This document shows positions 56,757-64,000 of a stretch of 64,000 nt of DNA, piece by piece. Below the pieces are notes generated by a model. The model was not told where the DNA came from. It did no database searches and worked only from the letters and a program-made list of their open reading frames with translations. This DNA is from Candidatus Marinacidobacterium sp. GTDB taxonomy: Bacteria; Acidobacteriota; Vicinamibacteria; Marinacidobacterales; Marinacidobacteraceae. Both the position numbers and the translations under genes were made by a program. The first letter of the stretch is position 1. Each line of letters begins with the position of its first letter. The stretch spans positions 608,001-672,000 of the forward strand of contig OZ244852.1 in assembly GCA_965220965.1 (NCBI GenBank), written 5' to 3'.

Positions 56757-57038
56757 GTGAAGAGCAGGACTACGTACGAGCTGGACGCCAGGTCTGTCCG
56801 CGTGCTGAAGCGGCTCGCGCGCCGCTGGGGCGTTTCGGAGTCGGAGGCGCTTGGCCGGGCGATCCGCAGCGAGGGCTGCCGGCAGATGCGGAACGAGGAC
56901 GCCATTGCCGCACTTCAGGAGCTGCAGGCCTCGCTCCGGAGGAAGGGGGTCGACGTCGCCCGGTGGGAGCGCGAGGCGCGCGAGGAGCGGCGCGCCTCTT
57001 GGGGCCCCGGCCGAGCGTCGCCGGGGCCTCCTACGTAA
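56757..57038 (+). CDS. Ribbon-helix-helix (CopG/VapB-like) putative antitoxin, no toxin partner visible
   Basis: GGAGG SD, GTG start, RTTYELD...LKRLARRWGVSESEALGRAI RHH pattern. Confidence 0.72.
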   Translation: MKSRTTYELDARSVRVLKRLARRWGVSESEALGRAIRSEGCRQMRNEDAIAALQELQASLRRKGVDVARWEREAREERRASWGPGRASPGPPT

Positions 57039-57047
57039 ACGGCTCCG

Positions 57048-58247
57048 CTACTCGGGAAAGACGCTCTTCGGGATGTAGCCGGTGACGACCTGGGTGAGGT
57101 CCACGACCTCGCTCACCCGGAAGTCCACCGCGATGCTCGTGAGCGAGAGCGCCTCGGCGGGGGAGTGACCCTTCTCCTCGACGAGGAACTCCACGACTCC
57201 CCGGGTGGCCTTGACCGCCGCCCGGTCCAGATCGAGGTCGATCCCCATGATCATGATGTGGTCGGCGTCCTCCGCGCGCGGCGCGGTGAGGGTGCGGCCC
57301 TTGTGGACCGCGAACCGGAACACCATGGACAGCGACTGCTCGATGGCGGTGCCGCTCACCTCGCCGTCACCCTGCGCGCCGTGGGGGTCCCCGGCGTAGA
57401 ACAGAGCTCCCGGGTGGAAGACCGGCAGGTAGAGCGTCGTTCCCGCTTTCAGGTCCTTCACGTCGAGGTTGCCGCCGAAGAGGCCGGGAGGGCGGGAGCC
57501 CTGGACCCCGGGGACGGTCACTCCCGGTTCCCCGAGCACCGGATCGGGCGCGACCGCCAGGATGCCGGGGAAGGGCGCCAGCGGGACCTCGACGCCGTGC
57601 GGCAGGAAGGCGACCTCGCGCCCGCCGGAGAAGCCGGTCCGGATCAGATGCCGGGTTCCCGGCGGGATGTCGAACGCGGGATCTCCCGGCCGAAAGCCCG
57701 GATAGCTCTCCGAAAACACCCCGCCCCGCGCCGAGGTGTTGTTGATGCCCCAGGGAACGCGGGTCGTCACCTCGAGGATCCGGATCTCGAGAACATCTCC
57801 GGGCTCGGCGCCCTCGATATGGATCGGGCCGGTGATCACGTGGCCGCTCCGCCCCTCGCGCGGGCGATCCCCCCGGGACGCCCAGAAGTCGAGCACGTCC
57901 TGGGGGATCTCCTCGCGGGGAACGCCGAGGCCGGTGAGCCAGGCGACCGGTTCTTCGTCCTGAACTGCGCCGGCGTGGGTCAGGGTGTCCACCCGGACGG
58001 TCGCGCCGGGCTCGACCCGGAGCACCGGCTCGCGATCCGTCGGGAACCAGCCCCAGACGACGTTGTCCGGAGTCGAGGGGACGAAGTGATCCGCTTCGAT
58101 GGGCGACTCGGCCGGAGGCGCCGCACTCCCGGCCTCCGCTTCGGTTCCCGGATCCGGCGCCGCACAACCGGCGAGGGCGACCAGGCATCCGGCAAGCCAG
58201 GCGGCCGCCGGGTGAAGCGATGTCCGGAATGTCAGGCGGCGTCCCAC
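57048..58247 (-). CDS. Acetamidase/formamidase family protein, lipoprotein
   Basis: Lipobox LAGC; H.ITGPIHIEGAEPGD, PFPG, GGNLD, GDPHGAQGDGEVSGTAIE. Confidence 0.88.
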   Translation of the reverse strand: MGRRLTFRTSLHPAAAWLAGCLVALAGCAAPDPGTEAEAGSAAPPAESPIEADHFVPSTPDNVVWGWFPTDREPVLRVEPGATVRVDTLTHAGAVQDEEPVAWLTGLGVPREEIPQDVLDFWASRGDRPREGRSGHVITGPIHIEGAEPGDVLEIRILEVTTRVPWGINNTSARGGVFSESYPGFRPGDPAFDIPPGTRHLIRTGFSGGREVAFLPHGVEVPLAPFPGILAVAPDPVLGEPGVTVPGVQGSRPPGLFGGNLDVKDLKAGTTLYLPVFHPGALFYAGDPHGAQGDGEVSGTAIEQSLSMVFRFAVHKGRTLTAPRAEDADHIMIMGIDLDLDRAAVKATRGVVEFLVEEKGHSPAEALSLTSIAVDFRVSEVVDLTQVVTGYIPKSVFPE

Positions 58248-58275
58248 GGCGATTCCTCCCTGGAGAGCGGGCCCC

Positions 58276-59958
58276 TCAGCGGGTCAGCCGCTCGCCGGTC
58301 ATCGAGAGCGGACCCCGGTTCGGACCGGTGAAGTCGGGACGGACTTCGGAGTCCGCCAGATCCCAGGCCAACTGGTAGACCAGGCGCACGATCCGCTCCA
58401 GCTTTTCGTACTCGATCTTTTCCGGGGTGTCGTAGATCGTGTGGTAATCGGGGTGGAGCCCGGTGTGGAAGAACAGCGCCGGAACGCCGCTCTGGAGGAA
58501 GGGCCACTGGTCGCTTCGGCGCAGCAGGTTCGAGGAGTTGTTGTCGTAGCGCATCCGCAGGTCGAGTTCGGACTCGCGGTTCGCCGCGCGGACCATGTCG
58601 GTCAGGGTCCGGCTGTAGCTGTACCCAAGGATGTTGACGGCGTTCCGGTTCGACTCGGCCGTCTGGGGCTCCAGACCCCCGAACCGGCGGCCGCCTCCCC
58701 GGCGCACCTCCTCGCTCCTCCCGATCATGTCCATGTTGAGCACGGCCACCGTGTCGGCGAGCGGATGGAGCGGGTCCTCGGTATACGCCCAGGCGCCGAT
58801 CAGACCCCGCTCCTCGGAGTTCCAGGCCGCCAGCAGGATGCTCCGCCGGGGCCGTTGTCCGGCGGCGGCGGCGCGTCCGAGCGCCTCGGCGATCCCGATC
58901 AGCGCGACCGTGCCCGAGGCGTCATCGTCGGCGCCCGGAAACACCAGGTCCCCGTCGGCGCCGTTGTGGTCGTAATGGGCGGTGAGCAGGATCCACTCGT
59001 CCGGGGTTTCGGCGCCGCGCAGGAGGCCGACCACGTTCCGGTCGGGGACGCTCGTCCGGACCACGGATGTCGCGAGCCGCACCCGCCGCCCCAGGGGGAC
59101 CGCTTCGTCCATGCCGCCGTCGGCGAGCCGCCCCAGTTCCGTCAGGCTGCGACCTCCCGGGCGGAGGAGCCCGGAAGCGGTCCGGGGCGAGATCACCGCC
59201 GCCGGGATCGTCACCCTCTCCACCCACGAGGCGAGTTGATACCGCGGGATCCTCCGGGGCGCGTCGGGCCAGGCGCCGCGCGCCGCCGCGGAGAAGTCGA
59301 ACGGGCCGGGGTGCTGGTGGACGTCCCGCACGAACAGGATGCCCGAGGCGCCGGCGCGGGCCGCCGCCAGCGCCTTCCGCAGCGCCCGGGAGGGCTCCGA
59401 GCTGACGACGCCGTCGAACCGGCTCCCCGGGTCGTTTTCTCCCGGTTCGTGGTCCAGAACGAGGGCGATCTTCCCGGCGACGTCGACGCCTTCCCAGTCG
59501 TTCCAGCCGTAGTCCGGGGCGTCCATCCCGAACCCGACGAACGCGACCTCGCCTTCCGCGGTGGCCGAGGGCGAAAACGCCTGCGGATAGAAGTCCTCGC
59601 CCACCTGCGCCGTCCGGGTGACCTCGCCGAGGAGATCCAGCCGGTTGGGCTCCGAGAGCGCGGCGCGCACGAGCCGATATCCGTGGAAATAGCTCCCGCC
59701 GGGCGGCGCGAGGCCGGCGCGGGCGAACCGGGAGGCGATGAACTCCGCCGCGAGCCGGTTTTCGGGCGTGTCGGTGAGGCGCCCCCGCATGTTGTCCGAG
59801 GCCAGGAAGAACAGGTCGGCCCGCAGATCGGCCGCGGTGATGGACTCCGCCGCTGGGGCCGGCGACTGGGTTCCGGACTGGGCGAAGGCCGCTCCGGCGC
59901 CGAGCACGCCGAGAAGAACCGCTCCCCCCAGCCAGCGGTGTGACGACCGTCTGTCCAT
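58276..59958 (-). CDS. M28 family aminopeptidase with PA domain, exported
   Basis: Signal peptide, LASDNMRGR, TAHYDH, GADDDASG, SEERGLIG, NMDMIGR, RSDQ, HPDYH. Confidence 0.92.
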   Translation of the reverse strand: MDRRSSHRWLGGAVLLGVLGAGAAFAQSGTQSPAPAAESITAADLRADLFFLASDNMRGRLTDTPENRLAAEFIASRFARAGLAPPGGSYFHGYRLVRAALSEPNRLDLLGEVTRTAQVGEDFYPQAFSPSATAEGEVAFVGFGMDAPDYGWNDWEGVDVAGKIALVLDHEPGENDPGSRFDGVVSSEPSRALRKALAAARAGASGILFVRDVHQHPGPFDFSAAARGAWPDAPRRIPRYQLASWVERVTIPAAVISPRTASGLLRPGGRSLTELGRLADGGMDEAVPLGRRVRLATSVVRTSVPDRNVVGLLRGAETPDEWILLTAHYDHNGADGDLVFPGADDDASGTVALIGIAEALGRAAAAGQRPRRSILLAAWNSEERGLIGAWAYTEDPLHPLADTVAVLNMDMIGRSEEVRRGGGRRFGGLEPQTAESNRNAVNILGYSYSRTLTDMVRAANRESELDLRMRYDNNSSNLLRRSDQWPFLQSGVPALFFHTGLHPDYHTIYDTPEKIEYEKLERIVRLVYQLAWDLADSEVRPDFTGPNRGPLSMTGERLTR

Positions 59959-60066
59959 GAGCTTCCGATCTCCTTCGGCGCGAATCAGTTATACCAGCCG
60001 CGCGGCTCGCCGGTCCCACCGCCGCGGGGGGTTCGGGAGGGTCCCCGGCGGATACGATAGGTCGCC

Positions 60067-62247
60067 ATGCCGCTCCTCGCGTCCCTCCTTCTGTTTGTCC
60101 TTTCCGTCCTCCTCGCCGTCCCGGCGGTCGCGCAGGACGCCGATCCGCCGCGCGGCTTCCTGCCCGGCCAGTGGGAGGAACAGCGCGCGATCGAGGAGCG
60201 GTTCCGGGCGGTTCCGGACCCGGCCCGGCTGCGCGAGTACATGGAGTACATGGCGGGCGAGCCCCACATCGCCGGCTTCGGGGGCGGCAGCCTCCGGGTG
60301 GCGGAATACGCCCTCGAGAAGTTCCGGTCCTTCGGGCTGGAGGCCGAGATCGAGGAGACCGAGGCGCTCATGCCGCTGCCGACCGAACGCTTCGTCGAGG
60401 TCGTCGGCCCCGAGCCCTACACACTCCGGCTCGAGGAGCTGGCCGTCGCGGAAGACCCGGACACTTCCGACGACGGGCTGCTGCCCACCTTCAACCCCTA
60501 CGCCGCCGACGGTGACGTCCGGGGCGAAGTCGTCTTTGTGAACTACGGCATCCCCGAGGATTACGAGATGCTCGCCGAACTCGGCATTTCCGTCGAGGGG
60601 AAGATCGTCCTGGCCCGTTACGGCCGGAGCTGGCGCGGGATCAAGGCCAAGCTGGCGCAGGAAAACGGCGCCGTTGGCGCGCTCATGTACTCGGATCCGG
60701 AGGAGGACGGCTACTACCAGGGCCTGACCTATCCCGAAGGGCCCTACCGTCCGGAGTGGGGCGTCCAGCGCGGCTCCATCCTGGACATGCCGGTTCACCC
60801 CGGAGATCCGCTGACGCCCGGCTGGGGGGCCACCGAGGATCGCGAGAAGCTGACCCGGGAGACGGCGCGGACCCTCGTCCGGATTCCGGTGCTCCCGATC
60901 TCCTGGGGAGACGCGCTTCCGATCCTGAAGCAGCTCCGGGGGACGCCGGCGCCGAACGACGACTGGAAGGGGGCGCTCCCGATCACCTACCACATCGGTC
61001 CGGGACCGGCCGAAGTCAGGATGCGCACCGCCTACGACTGGCGGGTGCGGCCGATCTACAACGTCGTGGCGCGGATCGAGGGCTCCCACGAGCCCGACCA
61101 GTGGATCGTCCACGGGAACCACCACGACGCGTGGTGCAACGGGGCGACGGACCCGATCAGCGGGGCGGTCCAGCTCATGGAGACCGCGCGCGGGTTCGGC
61201 GAACTCCTTCGCGCCGGGATCCGGCCGCGGCGGACGGTGATCTTCGCGCTCTGGGACGCCGAGGAATGGGGTCTGCTGGGCTCCACCGAATGGGCCGAGA
61301 CCCACCGCGAGGATCTCGGTGAGAACGGAGTCGTCTACATCAACACCGACAGCACCGGGAAGGGCTGGCTCAGCATGGCGGGCAGCCACACCCTGCAGCG
61401 GTTCCTGAACGAGGTCGCCCGGGACATCGAGGATCCCGAGCGCGGCGTCAGCGTGTTCGAGGCCGCGCGGGCGCGGCGGCTGGAGACCGCGGCGAACCCC
61501 GATCTCCGGCGCGAGATCGAGCAGAGCGACGACCTCCGGCTGGCGGCCCTCGGCTCGGGCTCCGACTACACCGTCTTCATCGACCACCTCACCATGGCCT
61601 CGCTGAACCTCGGGTTCGGCGGCGACAGTCCGGGCGGGGTCTATCACTCGAACTACGACACCTTCCACTGGTACAACGAGTTCTCGGACAGCGACTTCGT
61701 GTTCGGTCGCGCCCTGTCGCAGCTCACCGGCACCGCGATCCTGCGCCTCGCGAACGCGGCGATCCTCCCCTTCGGCTTCACCGATCTGGCGGACGCGATG
61801 CGGGACTATGTCGGAGAGATCCGCGAGACGCACGCGGCGATGGACACCTCGGAGGAGATCGACTTCGCCGCCCTGGAGGGCGCCCTCGATGCGCTCGACG
61901 AAGCCGGCGAGGGGTATGAGGGCGCCCTCGCGCGCCTCGGGGACGCTTCGGTGGAGGCGACGCTCGCCAACCCGGAGGCTTCGCGGCTGAACCGGCTCCT
62001 CTACACGACCGAGCGTCGGCTCGGCTCCGAGGAGGGGCTGCCCCAGCGGGAGTGGTTCCGCCACCAGGTCTACGCCCCCGGCTTCTACACCGGCTACGGC
62101 GTGAAGACGATCCCGGGCGTCCGCGAGGGGATCGAGGAAGAGGAGTGGGAGGCGGCGCGCTTCTATGTCCGCGTCGTGAGCGACGCCCTCGCCGCGCTCA
62201 CCGGTCAGGTGCGCGAGGCCGAGCGGATCCTGGGCGAACTCCGCTAG
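60067..62247 (+). CDS. M28 glutamate carboxypeptidase II-like peptidase (PA + transferrin-receptor dimerisation domains)
   Basis: Signal peptide, VNYG..EDY, ARYG, VQRGS, GDPLTPG, GNHHDAW, WDAEEWGLLGSTEW, GSGSDY, YHS.YD, WFRH.VYAPG. Confidence 0.92.
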   Translation: MPLLASLLLFVLSVLLAVPAVAQDADPPRGFLPGQWEEQRAIEERFRAVPDPARLREYMEYMAGEPHIAGFGGGSLRVAEYALEKFRSFGLEAEIEETEALMPLPTERFVEVVGPEPYTLRLEELAVAEDPDTSDDGLLPTFNPYAADGDVRGEVVFVNYGIPEDYEMLAELGISVEGKIVLARYGRSWRGIKAKLAQENGAVGALMYSDPEEDGYYQGLTYPEGPYRPEWGVQRGSILDMPVHPGDPLTPGWGATEDREKLTRETARTLVRIPVLPISWGDALPILKQLRGTPAPNDDWKGALPITYHIGPGPAEVRMRTAYDWRVRPIYNVVARIEGSHEPDQWIVHGNHHDAWCNGATDPISGAVQLMETARGFGELLRAGIRPRRTVIFALWDAEEWGLLGSTEWAETHREDLGENGVVYINTDSTGKGWLSMAGSHTLQRFLNEVARDIEDPERGVSVFEAARARRLETAANPDLRREIEQSDDLRLAALGSGSDYTVFIDHLTMASLNLGFGGDSPGGVYHSNYDTFHWYNEFSDSDFVFGRALSQLTGTAILRLANAAILPFGFTDLADAMRDYVGEIRETHAAMDTSEEIDFAALEGALDALDEAGEGYEGALARLGDASVEATLANPEASRLNRLLYTTERRLGSEEGLPQREWFRHQVYAPGFYTGYGVKTIPGVREGIEEEEWEAARFYVRVVSDALAALTGQVREAERILGELR

Positions 62248-62301
62248 GGAACCGCCCCCGCCCGGACGCCAACTCCGCCGCGGCGCGCCTTCGCCGGGAC
62301 C

Positions 62302-63192
62302 ATGAAGGGTCTCGCATTCGCGGCGATCTACCTCATCTGGGGGTCCACCTATCTGGCGATCGGGGTGGCGGTGCGCGAGGTCCCGCCCTGGATCGTCGCC
62401 GGATCCCGGTTCCTCATCGCGGGCGCCCTGGTGTACGCCTTCGCCCGCCGGACCGCTCCGGCGCTCACCCGGCGCGAGTGGCTCGAGGCCGGGTTCGCCG
62501 GGCTGCTCTTCTTCGGCGTTTCGCACGGTCTCGGCCACTGGGCGCAGGTGCGCGTCCCCTCCGGGATTACGGCCGTCCTGATCGCGACGGTGGGGCTGTG
62601 GATGCCGGGGCTCGAGGCGCTCTTCGTGACCCGACGCCCTCCGGCGGCGATCACCGCGGGATGCGCGCTCGTCGGCTTCGCCGGGGTCGTGGTGCTGCTC
62701 GCGCCCTGGTGGCCGGGGGCGGCGCTCGACCGCTCCGGCGTTGCGGCGATCCTGCTGGCGCCAGTCGCCTGGTCCGTCGCGAGCCTCTGGTCGCGCCGCC
62801 CCACGATGCCTACCCGGCTGCTCTCCTCGGTCGGAGCCCAGATGCTGGTGGGCGGGGCCGCGCTGCTCGTCCTCGCCACCCTGACGGGGAGCTGGGCCGA
62901 TCTGGATCCGGGGGCGATTCGTCTCCGGGCGGTGGTCGCCTGGCTCCACCTGCTCATCTTCGGCTCGATCGTGGCGTTCCTCGCCTACCAGTACCTGCTG
63001 CGGCGGGTGCGGCCCGCGCTCGCCGCGACCTACGCCTTCGTCAACCCGCTGATCGCCGTTCTGCTCGGCGCGCTCGTTCTCGGCGAGGAGCTCTCGCCCC
63101 GCGTCGCCATCGCCACGGTTCTCATCGTCACGCCGGTCGCCGTCCTCCAGATCCGCGAAATCCGGCGTCCCCGCGGTCGCGCCGAGCTCTGA
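62302..63192 (+). CDS. EamA/DMT family transporter
   Basis: IYLIWGSTYLAI, RFLIAG, FGSIVAF, YAFVNP; about 10 TM. Confidence 0.92.
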   Translation: MKGLAFAAIYLIWGSTYLAIGVAVREVPPWIVAGSRFLIAGALVYAFARRTAPALTRREWLEAGFAGLLFFGVSHGLGHWAQVRVPSGITAVLIATVGLWMPGLEALFVTRRPPAAITAGCALVGFAGVVVLLAPWWPGAALDRSGVAAILLAPVAWSVASLWSRRPTMPTRLLSSVGAQMLVGGAALLVLATLTGSWADLDPGAIRLRAVVAWLHLLIFGSIVAFLAYQYLLRRVRPALAATYAFVNPLIAVLLGALVLGEELSPRVAIATVLIVTPVAVLQIREIRRPRGRAEL

Positions 63193-63243
63193 CCCGCGCG
63201 CCGCGCTGATCCGCGCGCCGAAAGCTAGGATCCGCGCCGGTTC

Positions 63244-64000
63244 GTGTTTCCGGACAGGCGTCGCGTGGGTGGCTTTCGGCGGTTCGTCGCGATTGGTTTC
63301 TTTGCAGCGGTCAGCGCCGTAGCGCCGCCGGTCGCCGGGGCCGAAGCGTTCGGGTGGCGCCAGGAGCAGCAGGCTCCGGAACCTCCCGAGTCCCCGGTAG
63401 AGATCCGCGGGCGCGTCGTGGACCGCGCCACCGGGGAACCGATCGCCGGGGCGACCGTCGGGGGCATTGGAGCGGTCGCGGTGACCGACGCCGAGGGCCG
63501 CTTCGTCCTCGAGGCGCCGTTTCGGCTGAGCGCAGTCAGCGCGTCCGCCGAGGGCTACTTCGAACTCTCGGTCGCGGTCCCGGCCGAGGGTCCGGTCGAG
63601 ATCGGGCTCGTCTCGCAGCGCATCGAGGAGACGGTGGAGGTCGTCGCCGAGAGTCCCGAGGTGGACCGACCGGCCGCCGTCCGCGTCGAGTCCCGGGAGG
63701 TTCTCGAGACCGCCGGTTCGGTGGACAACATCTTCCGGGCGCTGGGAACGCTCCCGGGAGTCGCGCAGACCACCGACTTCGGGAGCTTTCTCTCGGTGCG
63801 CGGCGGAGGCCCCGACGAGAACCTCACCCTCATGGACGGGGTCGAGATCCACAATCCCTACCGCCTGTTCGGGCTGGTGAGCGCGTTCCATCCGGAGACG
63901 GTGGATGACTTTTCGCTCTCCGCCGGCGGGTTCGGGGCGGCCTACGGGGACCGGCTCTCCTCCCTCCTGATCGTCAGGAACCGGGGGGGCAGGCGGGACT
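63244..64000 (+). CDS. TonB-dependent receptor (N-terminal carboxypeptidase-regulatory-like + plug domains), 3' truncated
   Basis: Not in the ORF track because it has no stop inside the window. IRGRVVDRATGEPIAGATV, TLPGV, VRGGGPDEN...DGVEI.NP, GGFGAAYGDRLSS. GTG start at 63244 or 63265. Confidence 0.88.
   Translation, partial: MFPDRRRVGGFRRFVAIGFFAAVSAVAPPVAGAEAFGWRQEQQAPEPPESPVEIRGRVVDRATGEPIAGATVGGIGAVAVTDAEGRFVLEAPFRLSAVSASAEGYFELSVAVPAEGPVEIGLVSQRIEETVEVVAESPEVDRPAAVRVESREVLETAGSVDNIFRALGTLPGVAQTTDFGSFLSVRGGGPDENLTLMDGVEIHNPYRLFGLVSAFHPETVDDFSLSAGGFGAAYGDRLSSLLIVRNRGGRRD

Noticed and set aside
59989-63891. 1300-aa minus-strand ORF, and similar long ORFs such as 2431..4884, 9328..11727, 52231..55650 and 53042..55558
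   Set aside because: Antisense or alternate-frame shadows of well-supported genes. They are Arg/Pro/Gly-rich with no motifs, as expected in high-GC DNA with few stop codons.

Overview
64-kb window of very GC-rich (~70%+ by eye) bacterial chromosome. Gene content (LolA, secretin, TonB-dependent receptor, many exported peptidases/amidohydrolases, a Spondin_N protein) suggests a diderm heterotroph, possibly a marine or host-associated Acidobacteriota member; the taxonomy is inference only. From left to right: (1) a housekeeping block (7TM-HD phosphohydrolase, ybeY, CBS/CorC protein, era, rpsP-rimM-trmD-rplS); (2) an envelope block (TPR/beta-propeller, PEGA-PDZ and FHA proteins, LD-carboxypeptidase, mpl; secretin, lolA, tRNA-Ala); (3) a shikimate supra-operon trpE-trpG-aroF-aroB-aroA-[aroK-aroD-aroE fusion]-aroC whose central order matches the fungal AROM polyprotein, with a divergent chorismate mutase/prephenate dehydrogenase; (4) transporters and hydrolases; (5) the best candidate for an undescribed system: a GT4 glycosyltransferase, a lid-less EhpF/GriC-like adenylating enzyme, an ALDH-fold protein lacking the catalytic Glu (probable acyl reductase) and a LolD/MacB-type ABC transporter with a 1147-aa permease; (6) a RelA/SpoT-domain gene broken by a 180-bp highly structured MITE-like element plus a frameshift, followed by an orphan RHH antitoxin; (7) M28 peptidases, an EamA transporter and a truncated TonB-dependent receptor. 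All calls come from motif recognition by eye; no database searches were run.
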